Positions 8,305 to 16,680 of a stretch of 35,146 bases of DNA are shown here, one piece after another. Position numbers and translations under genes: made by a program. Numbering within the stretch: position 1 is the first letter of the stretch; each line of letters begins with the position of its first letter. The notes beneath the pieces were generated by a model. That model was not told the DNA's origin. It searched no databases and saw nothing but the letters and a program-made list of their open reading frames with translations. Source of the DNA: Nanobdellota archaeon (GTDB lineage: Archaea > Aenigmatarchaeota > Aenigmatarchaeia > QMZP01); the NCBI GenBank assembly GCA_018818465.1, contig JAHIRU010000074.1:1-35146 (forward strand), written 5' to 3'.

Positions 8305-9681
8305 CTATTTTTTCATCCATTTGCTGAAATTGAAAACAAATAATGGAAGCCTTATCAGCTGTTTTGCTGACATCATAGAAAGGACTGATTTAACAGCAAA
8401 CAGACGCATGTAAAAACTCCTGTAGGCCTTTCTTCTATACAGTTGTATTTGATTGCTTGAAAAGTTGGGATAGGAAACAGTTGCTGTCCCCTGTTCAACA
8501 CTTTTCCAATCATCTGACGAAAACCAGCCATTTTTCTTGGCATCTTCATAAAATTTGCTTCCAGGGAACGGGGTTGCTATATAAAATTGGGCAAAATTTA
8601 TTTTCAATTCCTTTGCAAAATTTATGGTATCCATTTCGGTTTTTTCATCAGAACCAGGCAATCCTATTATGAAATGGCCTATAATTTTTAGCCCATTGTC
8701 CCTGGCTGTTTTAGCGGCTTTTTTCGATTGCTCAATTGTTATACCTTTATTGTTCCTATTCAGAACATTTTGGTTGCCTGATTCAAAACCAAACGAAATC
8801 ATTTGGCAACCAGATTCCTTCATTTTTTTAGCCAATTCATCATCAAAACAATCTACTCTTGTTGTACAAAACCATTTTACTTTTTTACTTAAACCTTCTT
8901 TCACCATCAAATCACAGAATTTTTTCATGCGTTCCCTATCAAATGTAGCCAATTCATCCCACATCATCCAAACCTTTATTCCTATATCATTGACCAACCA
9001 TTTGAACTGTTCAACCATATATTCTGCTGAATGATATCTAACATTTCTTCCTGCCAGAAGTGGCATTACACAATAAGAACAATTAAACGGACATCCTCTT
9101 CCCGACCTGGCAAAAGTCCATTTTTCTCCCGTCAAAGGGAATCTATATTCTGGTAGAAGATCATATGCAGGAAAAGGCAACGAATCCAAATCAGGCTCTT
9201 GCCAGATACCGCCATCCCATGCTCTGGTAGCAACTCCTTTAACCTTATATTTGCCTTCCAATATGCTCATTACAGGTGTTTCAGCCTCTCCTAATACTGC
9301 GAAATCTATCTGTTTGTGTTTTTCGAGCAAATCTTTATACCTTGATGTTACGTGTTCTCCATACATTATTATTTTAGAACCTGTCAATTTTTTTATCTCA
9401 TCTGCGGTATTCACATCCATCTCTATTGTCGGAGTTGAGGTGTTTATAATCGAAAAATCAGGGCTAAAATTATTTACTATTTTCATACAATCTTCGAATG
9501 AAAGTTTTGAACCCATACAATCAATAAGTTTTAATTCATACTTTTCTCTAACACATCCAGCTATGCTCGCAAAGGCTGTGGGAGGAAACGTATCGAGCCA
9601 TGTATTTTCCTCACTCTGGCATCTTCCATCTCTACTAAATCTGAGGCCAAATGTGGGAGGGTTTAAAACTAAAACTTTCAT
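8305..9681 (-). CDS. B12-binding-domain radical SAM protein (subfamily B, rSAM-B1)
   Basis: 458 aa. N-terminus NPPTFGLRFSRDGRCQ, then INTSTPTIE, YGEHVT, CxxxCxxC = CPFNCSYC and FGFESGNQ. Its start overlaps the stop of the upstream GT-C gene in an ATGA (9678-9681), preceded by AGGTGAT. Confidence 0.9.
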   Translation of the reverse strand: MKVLVLNPPTFGLRFSRDGRCQSEENTWLDTFPPTAFASIAGCVREKYELKLIDCMGSKLSFEDCMKIVNNFSPDFSIINTSTPTIEMDVNTADEIKKLTGSKIIMYGEHVTSRYKDLLEKHKQIDFAVLGEAETPVMSILEGKYKVKGVATRAWDGGIWQEPDLDSLPFPAYDLLPEYRFPLTGEKWTFARSGRGCPFNCSYCVMPLLAGRNVRYHSAEYMVEQFKWLVNDIGIKVWMMWDELATFDRERMKKFCDLMVKEGLSKKVKWFCTTRVDCFDDELAKKMKESGCQMISFGFESGNQNVLNRNNKGITIEQSKKAAKTARDNGLKIIGHFIIGLPGSDEKTEMDTINFAKELKINFAQFYIATPFPGSKFYEDAKKNGWFSSDDWKSVEQGTATVSYPNFSSNQIQLYRRKAYRSFYMRLFAVKSVLSMMSAKQLIRLPLFVFNFSKWMKK

Positions 9682-11180
9682 TCTATCACCTGATTTTTAG
9701 TGTTAATATTTAAATTCAAACTCTTATAAATTATGAATATTTTTTGCCCATTTTGATAATTTTCATAAACGTTTTCAAACAAATCACTATTTTCTAATTG
9801 CGTAAAGATTGAAGATTGAAATTCGGTGTCAGGTGGAATTCTGTTGGATCGGTATTCGATTTGTATAGGCAATTTTATACCAAACAGTTCAGGATTGTAA
9901 TAATAGTGAACAGGGTGTCTGTCATATTCACCGTATATACTTATTATAACATAATCCACATCGTTATTCAGAATCCATTCCTCAACATTTTGTTCTATTT
10001 CTCCCCTTTCGATTTTACTTCCAGGAAAATCTACAACATTGAGATGGAACAATGAAAGATAGTAAGGCGATACTTCACTTGCTATGATAGCATCTTCTGG
10101 CAGATTTGAAACATAACCACTTGCAGGAATTCTTGCTAAATGATGATTTGAATCAAAAGATAATGTCCAAGCTGAAAACACAACACCGAATATAACAAAC
10201 AGAACAAAAACAATTTTTGTTATAATTTTGCTTTTTTCTTTTAACCAATCAATTCCTAGTGCTGCAATACATGAATATATTGGAAACATTGCAAACAAGA
10301 ATCTGTCCTCTTTAAAATTCAATACTTGAAAAACTGCAAAGAATACAAAGAATGTTATTAAAAGCAATTCGTTCTGCGGAGTTCTTTTTTTCCAGATTTT
10401 ATAAATTCCGAATAAGAAAAACACTGACCAAGGAATAGCCGCAAATCTTATGATATAATAAAAAATATTGGTTCCACTCACACCTGAAACAAAAAACAGG
10501 TGCTCTAAACCAGAACTTCCAGATAGAATATATACAACTAGAAAAACAGTCAGAAAGACAAACAGAAATGTTGATATCGACTCTAAGAATTCTTTTGTCT
10601 TTACTAAATTTAATTTTTTCTTAAATAACAGATAAATAAAGTAAACCGGTATCAATATTGCTCCAGTAAACTTTGTTAGCATTGCCAACGCAGTAGAAAT
10701 TCCAAGCAGTGTTGATTTTTTCTTTTTTTCTGTTAATTCAAAGAAAAACAATATTGATAATAAAACAAAAATCGTGAGTAAAGTTTCTACTAAAAGTCTT
10801 TCTGTCCATCTCCAGAAATAAGGAAGCGTTAACAGTATGATTGTTGATACGCATCCACTTCCGATCATTCTCTTTGAAAAAACAAAAGAAACTATTATCA
10901 GCGCTATTGTCAATATCAACGGTAAACCGAATATGATTGCATTAACGCTCGCACCTACTAAAAATGATAGTGAAATAAATAATGGTAAAAGAGGTCCTCT
11001 ATGAAAAACACCTAAAGAGTAATCTCCGTTTAGAATTTCATTACCAAGTGTAAGATATTGTTCTTGATCAGGATAAAAACTATTCCCAGGAAACATTACG
11101 ATATAGAAAATACTGGATAGTATACACACTGTTACCAAGAACTTAATATCGTTCTTTGAAAGGTCTTTTATGGCGTGCAT
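9678..11180 (-). CDS. GT-C fold membrane glycosyltransferase, ArnT/PMT_2 (GT39/GT83)-like (GT-C a)
   Basis: 500 aa. The first ~340 aa are polytopic. The first loop, after TM1, is acidic (FYPDQEQYLTLGNEILNGDY). It carries an ALAMLTKFTG motif ([AG]L[AG]xL[ST][KR], shared by all three paralogs) and a soluble C-terminal domain of ~150 aa. Confidence 0.65.
   Translation of the reverse strand: MHAIKDLSKNDIKFLVTVCILSSIFYIVMFPGNSFYPDQEQYLTLGNEILNGDYSLGVFHRGPLLPLFISLSFLVGASVNAIIFGLPLILTIALIIVSFVFSKRMIGSGCVSTIILLTLPYFWRWTERLLVETLLTIFVLLSILFFFELTEKKKKSTLLGISTALAMLTKFTGAILIPVYFIYLLFKKKLNLVKTKEFLESISTFLFVFLTVFLVVYILSGSSGLEHLFFVSGVSGTNIFYYIIRFAAIPWSVFFLFGIYKIWKKRTPQNELLLITFFVFFAVFQVLNFKEDRFLFAMFPIYSCIAALGIDWLKEKSKIITKIVFVLFVIFGVVFSAWTLSFDSNHHLARIPASGYVSNLPEDAIIASEVSPYYLSLFHLNVVDFPGSKIERGEIEQNVEEWILNNDVDYVIISIYGEYDRHPVHYYYNPELFGIKLPIQIEYRSNRIPPDTEFQSSIFTQLENSDLFENVYENYQNGQKIFIIYKSLNLNINTKNQVIE
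9685..9691 (-). promoter_or_regulatory. Shine-Dalgarno AGGTGAT for rSAM-B1, inside the 3' end of the GT-C a gene
   Basis: The minus strand reads AGGTGATAGAATGA, with the ATG and TGA overlapping. Confidence 0.5.
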
Positions 11181-11186
11181 ATGGAT

Positions 11187-12584
11187 TTATCGGAATACAC
11201 CTTTAAATATCTCAAAACCAGCCTTTATCGTCCATTTTAGTTCGTTTACAGATTTTATTGTAAATAATAGATCTAACATTTTTACTGGCCTGAGATAGAA
11301 ACTTCTGAAAGCCTCTCTTTCATAATAAATAACATCTTTCCTGTTAAGATTATGTAATTTGTAGTAAGTTTCTGCACTAAAAAACCCACCTTCAGAACCA
11401 GATGTTGTTGGTTTTATGAATTCACCATCCCTCTCTATCATCTGATAAAGTTCTGTTCCAGGAAAAGGTATTGTAACAGAGAAATTTGCTATATGAGGAT
11501 TCACATGCTTAGCAAAGCTTATAGTCTTTTCCACATCTTCTTTAGTTTCATACGGCAAACCTATCATGAAAAACCCGTAAGTTATAATCCCTTCTTCTCT
11601 AAACCATCTTATCGCTTGATTGACTTTTTTCAAGTCGAGAGACTTCTTTATAACATTTAATATTTTTTCATCACCAGATTCTATACCAATGCCAACTTTG
11701 AAAACACCTGCCCTTTTCATTTTTTTGACAAGATTCTTAGTTAATCTATCCGCTCTTACACCATTCTGTAAATTTATTTTTATGTCAATTTTTCGCTCTA
11801 TTATCATATCAAGAACTTTCTCAGCGTTTTCCATTATCAAAGTGAAATTATCATCAAGAATATCTATTTGTTTTACGCCATAATCATTAACTAGCATCTC
11901 TATTTCTTCGATTATGTTTTCTGCAGAACGATATCTGAAAACGCGACCAAAGATATTTTTATTACAAAATATACACCCATAAGGACATCCTCTGCTTGTT
12001 AGAATTGGTGACATAGGAACCTTTCTGGATCGAGATTGATACAATTTGAAGTCCGGGAGTAAATCATATGCAGGAAAAGGCAACGAGTCCAAGTCCTTTA
12101 TCAATTCCCTATTAGGATTGTGTTTTATTCTACCCCTATCCTTGAAACTTATGCTTTTCACTTTTGAAAGCGAGTTTAAGTTGTTCAAAAGATCCACTAT
12201 AGTTTCTTCACCCTCGCCTCTAACAACACATAAAGCATCAGAATCCTGTAAGGTTCTTTCTATCATAGAAGTTGCATAAGGTCCTCCTATAATAACTGGT
12301 TTTTTAAGCTCATTTTTAATTTTTTTTGAAAGCTCTACAGCAGCTCTTGCAAGAACAACGTTACTCATTATACCAACTACATCTGGATCGAATTTAGAAA
12401 GTTTTTTAAGAACTCTTTCATTTGTCATCCTGAGAATGTTAGCATCTATTATAATGCATTCTAATCCTCTCTTTCTTAGGACAGCTGCCATATACGCCAA
12501 ACCTATAGGTGGATATATTGTGGCAGTATTGATGCCCTTCGCATAATATGGAAACGGGTTTACAAAAGCAATTCTCATTTTCAT
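11187..12584 (-). CDS. B12-binding-domain radical SAM protein (subfamily A, rSAM-A2)
   Basis: 465 aa. Shows PIGLAYMAAVL, VVGIMS, IIGGPYAT, RGEGEETI, CxxxCxxC = CPYGCIFC and GIGIESGDE. Confidence 0.9.
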   Translation of the reverse strand: MKMRIAFVNPFPYYAKGINTATIYPPIGLAYMAAVLRKRGLECIIIDANILRMTNERVLKKLSKFDPDVVGIMSNVVLARAAVELSKKIKNELKKPVIIGGPYATSMIERTLQDSDALCVVRGEGEETIVDLLNNLNSLSKVKSISFKDRGRIKHNPNRELIKDLDSLPFPAYDLLPDFKLYQSRSRKVPMSPILTSRGCPYGCIFCNKNIFGRVFRYRSAENIIEEIEMLVNDYGVKQIDILDDNFTLIMENAEKVLDMIIERKIDIKINLQNGVRADRLTKNLVKKMKRAGVFKVGIGIESGDEKILNVIKKSLDLKKVNQAIRWFREEGIITYGFFMIGLPYETKEDVEKTISFAKHVNPHIANFSVTIPFPGTELYQMIERDGEFIKPTTSGSEGGFFSAETYYKLHNLNRKDVIYYEREAFRSFYLRPVKMLDLLFTIKSVNELKWTIKAGFEIFKGVFR

Positions 12585-12587
12585 AAT

Positions 12588-13259
12588 TTACCAAAGATTT
12601 TTGAATACTCTCCAAGCATAAACCCAACCCATTCTCCAAATATTTATTCCAGATTCACCATACAGTCTCTTTTTTTCTTGGCTCGAAACTTCTACAATTT
12701 TGTACCCTTTTTTGTAACATTTCATTACCATCTCGGTTTCTACATCAAATATATTTGCTTCAAGCTTTAGGTCTTTAGCTACATCGGTTTTTATAGCTCT
12801 GAAACCGTTTTGTGTGTCGCCTATGGCTGTACGAAATCTCCAATTTATTAATTGGGCAATAGAAATGCTAAGAAACATTCTCATAAATTTACCAAAATCT
12901 CCGTGAAGTTCTTCACTTCCTCCCATAAATCTTGATGCTATTACCATATCTGCATTACCACACTTTATGGGTTGCACTATTTTGGGTATGTCTTCTGGTA
13001 TATGAGATCCGTCTGCATCTATGAAAACTATTATATCCCCGCTGGCATGTTCAATTCCAACCCTTATGCCATCACCCTTTCCTTTACCGTTATCAACAAC
13101 TGTTCTAATGCCCATTTCCTCTGCTATTTCTTTTGTTCTGTCAGTTGATTTTTTCGCAGAAACGACCAATATTTCATCGCCATACGGCTTGACTTTTTCC
13201 AGAATATCCTTTATAGTTCTCTCTTCATTAAAGGTAGGAACAACAATAGACACTTTCAT
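12588..13259 (-). CDS. GT2-family glycosyltransferase, soluble dolichyl/polyprenyl-phosphate sugar synthase-like (GT2 a)
   Basis: 223 aa. Shows VSIVVPTFNEE, a DxD-type FIDADGSH motif and a GT-A fold pattern. No TM segment. Confidence 0.8.
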   Translation of the reverse strand: MKVSIVVPTFNEERTIKDILEKVKPYGDEILVVSAKKSTDRTKEIAEEMGIRTVVDNGKGKGDGIRVGIEHASGDIIVFIDADGSHIPEDIPKIVQPIKCGNADMVIASRFMGGSEELHGDFGKFMRMFLSISIAQLINWRFRTAIGDTQNGFRAIKTDVAKDLKLEANIFDVETEMVMKCYKKGYKIVEVSSQEKKRLYGESGINIWRMGWVYAWRVFKNLW

Positions 13260-13292
13260 GTTAGTTTTTAACGAAACTATAATATAAATAGT

Positions 13293-14246
13293 TTAAATTT
13301 TTGGCTTAACAGGGGTTTTTATCCAAAAAAACAACCCTATTGGCACTGTAATCCAATAACCAAAAACAAGGTAAACAAGCGAAAAACTTATTATCATTCC
13401 TTTTGACATACCAACTAATGGCAAGACAAGCAACAAGAACGTTTCCCTAGTGCCTATGCCTGATACAGAAACAGGTATAAGCTCAATTATTACCATAACG
13501 CTTATGACAGCGAAAATAAATAAATAATTGAACGATATACCAAACGCTAACCCAAAGAATAGGGCCAGCATTATAGAAAACAACCAAATAAAAATATTAA
13601 ATAGAGTTATAGTAAAAAGATTCCTTTTTTTATTTTTTAGTTCTCCAAAAACATCATAGAACCCATAAAAATCCAGCTTTAACTTTTCTTTATATTTGCC
13701 TGGTACAAACAAATTGAATAATGGTTTTAGCAATTTCCTCATGGAATTCTTTCTTGTGAATATGTAAAAACCAACAAAAAAGGCGGCAACAAATCCCAAA
13801 ATCAATCCAAACGATATGATTGTATACCCAAACCATACATTCAGCAGGATGACCCCTATCAGGGCAGAACATAATACAACAGCCAGATCTATTATTCTAT
13901 CAGCAATAACTACGGATAATCTCTTTCCGAATGGTTGCAAATCATCCAGATAAAAAACTTTTATAAAATCTCCAACTCTTCCAGGCGTAATTAATCCTGT
14001 GAATAAACCAATTGACCATATTTTGAAACAATTAAACATACTTTCATCAAAACCGTGTGCATTAATTACCATTTTGAATTTTATTGCCCTCAAAAAGAGA
14101 ATGAAAAAGGCAGAGCCAATGCCTAACAATAAAAAGAAAATATTAATTTGTTGGAAAGATGCTATTATTTTGTCGATTCCAATATTCCAGACAATGTATG
14201 CAAATAAAGCAACACCTATAACAGGCATGTAATTTAAAATTTTCAT
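13293..14246 (-). CDS. UPF0104 / MprF-type flippase-like domain membrane protein (a)
   Basis: 317 aa and polytopic. It carries the two hallmark pseudo-repeat motifs of the family: ITPGRVGDFIK (P-x-x-x-G-[DE]) and IPVSVSGIGTRE (P-x-x-G-x-G-x-x-E). Confidence 0.7.
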   Translation of the reverse strand: MKILNYMPVIGVALFAYIVWNIGIDKIIASFQQINIFFLLLGIGSAFFILFLRAIKFKMVINAHGFDESMFNCFKIWSIGLFTGLITPGRVGDFIKVFYLDDLQPFGKRLSVVIADRIIDLAVVLCSALIGVILLNVWFGYTIISFGLILGFVAAFFVGFYIFTRKNSMRKLLKPLFNLFVPGKYKEKLKLDFYGFYDVFGELKNKKRNLFTITLFNIFIWLFSIMLALFFGLAFGISFNYLFIFAVISVMVIIELIPVSVSGIGTRETFLLLVLPLVGMSKGMIISFSLVYLVFGYWITVPIGLFFWIKTPVKPKI

Positions 14247-14263
14247 ATAAATAAACTGTATTC

Positions 14264-14273
14264 ATTTAAATAA
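14264..14273 (-). promoter_or_regulatory. TATA-like box ~22 nt upstream of the UPF0104 a ATG (start of the 14246->8305 operon)
   Basis: The minus strand reads ttatttaaat. No SD. Confidence 0.3.
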
Positions 14274-14418
14274 GAATTCCATTGATCTTATATGCTGTTT
14301 GCCTATGACTGGTGATCGAACCAATTATTTAAAAACACACTTATAATTACTTAGCATAAGAGGTTATGTACGTAAATGTGGAAAAAAATCAAAGAAATTG
14401 ATGATATCATACACGAGC

Positions 14419-14427
14419 AATATAAAA
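14419..14427 (+). promoter_or_regulatory. TATA-like box ~27 nt upstream of the GT2 b ATG (start of the GT2-CE4-rSAM operon)
   Basis: aatataaaa, with ATG at 14450. Confidence 0.35.
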
Positions 14428-14449
14428 CTTAAAATAGGGAAGTGCCATT

Positions 14450-15391
14450 ATGTATCGAAATAAAAAAATAAGTGTCGCAATGCCGGCATATAATGAAGAA
14501 AAATTAATAGAGAAAGCTATTAAATCCATCCCTGATTTTGTAGATAAATTAATAGTAGTTGATGATGATTCAAAAGACAATACATTTTCTATAGCAAAAA
14601 AATACGAGGGCAAAAGAGTTACAGTAATAAAACATACAAAAAATCAGGGTGTTGGCGGAGCCATAATAACCGGTTTCAAAGAGGCTTTGAAAGAAAAAGC
14701 AGATATAGCTGTTGTAATGGCAGGAGACGCCCAAATGGATCCAAACGATTTACCAAATATATTAGATCCTATAGTAAATAATGTTGTTGACTGCACGAAA
14801 GGGAACAGGTTCCTTCACCCAGAAATTTACAAAAAAATGCCAAAATTCAGATTGTTTGGCAATAGAATTTTAACAATACTGACAAAGATATCGTCCGGAT
14901 ACTATCACATATCTGATCCGCAGAATGGATATGTTGCAGTTTCAAGAAATGTTTTAGAAACAATTGATTGGGGCATGGTTGATAAAAGATTTAGTTTTGA
15001 AAACGATATGTTGATTCATCTCAACGTAAATAATTTTTCAGTGAAAAACATAAAAACAAATCCTATATATGGCGAAGAAAAATCCAAGATAAAAATTCAT
15101 AGTTTTGCACTAAAACTTAGTTTTCTCCTAATAAAAAAGTTTTTCTGGAGAATAAAAGAAAAATATTTTGTAAGAGATTTTCATCCAACATTTATATTTT
15201 TTATAGCAGGTTTCATTATGCTTTTTTTCGGTTTGATTTGGAGCTTGCTTGTTTTGAGGGCAAGATTCATCACGCCTGATATAACATGCGGATCAGTTGT
15301 TCTTTCCGCTTTATTATTGATTTGTGGTTCACAATCAATTTTCACAGGATTCATCCTTGACATGTATGAAAGTAAAACATTAAAAACATAG
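14450..15391 (+). CDS. GT2-family polyprenyl-phosphate glycosyltransferase with two C-terminal TM helices (ArnC/GtrB-like; GT2 b)
   Basis: 313 aa. Shows ISVAMPAYNEE, VVDDDSKD, AGDAQMD, and C-terminal helices FIFFIAGFIMLFFGLIWSLLVL and GSVVLSALLLICGSQSIFTGFIL. Confidence 0.85.
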   Translation: MYRNKKISVAMPAYNEEKLIEKAIKSIPDFVDKLIVVDDDSKDNTFSIAKKYEGKRVTVIKHTKNQGVGGAIITGFKEALKEKADIAVVMAGDAQMDPNDLPNILDPIVNNVVDCTKGNRFLHPEIYKKMPKFRLFGNRILTILTKISSGYYHISDPQNGYVAVSRNVLETIDWGMVDKRFSFENDMLIHLNVNNFSVKNIKTNPIYGEEKSKIKIHSFALKLSFLLIKKFFWRIKEKYFVRDFHPTFIFFIAGFIMLFFGLIWSLLVLRARFITPDITCGSVVLSALLLICGSQSIFTGFILDMYESKTLKT

Positions 15392-15399
15392 TGATAAAA

Positions 15400-16650
15400 A
15401 TGCAAAATAAAACGTTATCTAAGGTTGATTTGATCAGAAATGAACTGGATTTGGAATATAAACAATCCATAATTTTAAAGTACACGTTACTATTGGGTTT
15501 AAGAGAAAAAATACCGCCAAGTATAAGAAACAGGGTTGGATTTTCGTTTGAAAAATTAAAAAATCCAAAAAGAGATTTTCCAATAGACAGAAAAGTACAA
15601 ACACTGGAATACGAAGCTATGAAAAAAAATGTTTCAGAAAAAAAATATCATCTAATGATTAAACCATGGACAACATTCTCGGCATGCTTCACACATGATG
15701 TGGATACATTTTATGATTTAAAGGAAGGAATATCAATCCTCAGAAAAATCGAGAAAAAACATGACATAAAATCAACATGGAATTTTGTTCCAGAGTCAAA
15801 AGAATATAAAATAGATAAAGAACTTTTAAAATCACTTGAAAGAGACGGCCATGAAATAGCATCACATAGTTTAAAGCATGATGGAAAATTCGCTTTTTTG
15901 AGCAAACATGAAAGAAGATTAAGAGTTAGAAAATCAAAGGAAATTTTCAAAAAAATGGGATTCAATATCAATGGTTTCAGGGCGCCCTGGTTACATAGAA
16001 CAAGGGATTTAATATTATTTCTGGAAGAAAATAAATATCTTTGGGATTCTTCATTTCCAGACACTGACAACACAACGATTGGTTACAGAGGAACGGGCTG
16101 TTCTACAGTTTTTCCTTTTCAACCTTTAATCAAAGAAAACAAAGGCTATAGAAAATCAAGCATAATAGAACTGCCTATAACAGTCCCACAGGACTGGAGC
16201 TTAATACACCCAATGAAATTATCAAATGAAAAAATATTATCTTTATGGATTGAGAAGGTTGATTATATAGAAGATGTTGGAGGTCTTGCTCTTTTTTTGA
16301 CACATCCAGCAAAATATGATATCGGGAACAATGAAAGATCATGGATTTACGATGATATTATAAAATATATAAAAAACAAGAAACCATTCATTGGCAGATG
16401 TATTGATGTAGCAGAGAGATGGAAGGCAACCAACGATATTCAGTATAATCTGGATATAAAAAAAATGAACTTGCATATGAAGTCTGAAAGAAGAATAAAG
16501 AATCTAGCCTTCTATATATTTTCACCCAAAAATGAAAAATTGAAGAGCAACGACTGCGAACTTCTGAAATCTGACATTTTTTTCAACAAAAAAAGGTCTC
16601 TATTTTTGGTAAAAAGCCTTGATAGAGAAATGAACATGCACTTCCACTAA
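15400..16650 (+). CDS. polysaccharide deacetylase (NodB homology, CE4) with N- and C-terminal extensions
   Basis: CE4 motifs occur in order: FTHDVDT (Asp-Asp), HSLKHD (H-S-x-x-H) and FRAPW (RxPY-like). The track begins at a GTG at 15391, which overlaps the upstream stop. ATG at 15400, preceded by AGTGAT, is the alternative I list. Confidence 0.8.
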   Translation: MQNKTLSKVDLIRNELDLEYKQSIILKYTLLLGLREKIPPSIRNRVGFSFEKLKNPKRDFPIDRKVQTLEYEAMKKNVSEKKYHLMIKPWTTFSACFTHDVDTFYDLKEGISILRKIEKKHDIKSTWNFVPESKEYKIDKELLKSLERDGHEIASHSLKHDGKFAFLSKHERRLRVRKSKEIFKKMGFNINGFRAPWLHRTRDLILFLEENKYLWDSSFPDTDNTTIGYRGTGCSTVFPFQPLIKENKGYRKSSIIELPITVPQDWSLIHPMKLSNEKILSLWIEKVDYIEDVGGLALFLTHPAKYDIGNNERSWIYDDIIKYIKNKKPFIGRCIDVAERWKATNDIQYNLDIKKMNLHMKSERRIKNLAFYIFSPKNEKLKSNDCELLKSDIFFNKKRSLFLVKSLDREMNMHFH

Positions 16651-16651
16651 A

Positions 16652-16660
16652 CATTTAAAG
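16652..16660 (+). promoter_or_regulatory. TATA-like box ~25 nt upstream of the rSAM-A3 ATG (possible internal promoter)
   Basis: catttaaag sits in the 30-nt gap after the CE4 stop. No SD. Confidence 0.3.
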
Positions 16661-16680
16661 ATTTTCTTTTAACTTAAACT

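Noticed and set aside
14310-14323. tRNA T-arm-like string (reverse complement TGGTTCGATCACCA) as a tRNA gene or integration-site remnant
   Set aside because: The stem is only 4 bp and the loop is 6 nt, not the canonical 7 nt. I could not fold the flanks into acceptor, D or anticodon arms. No integrase or direct repeat lies nearby.
15610-16600. A7-A8 and T7 homopolymer tracts inside surface-glycan genes as phase-variation switches. There are several in the CE4 gene, with others elsewhere (for example a T7 near 26570).
   Set aside because: Such runs are expected from Lys (AAA) and Phe (TTT) codon usage in DNA this AT-rich. All the affected ORFs are intact and in frame, and there is no population data showing length variation.
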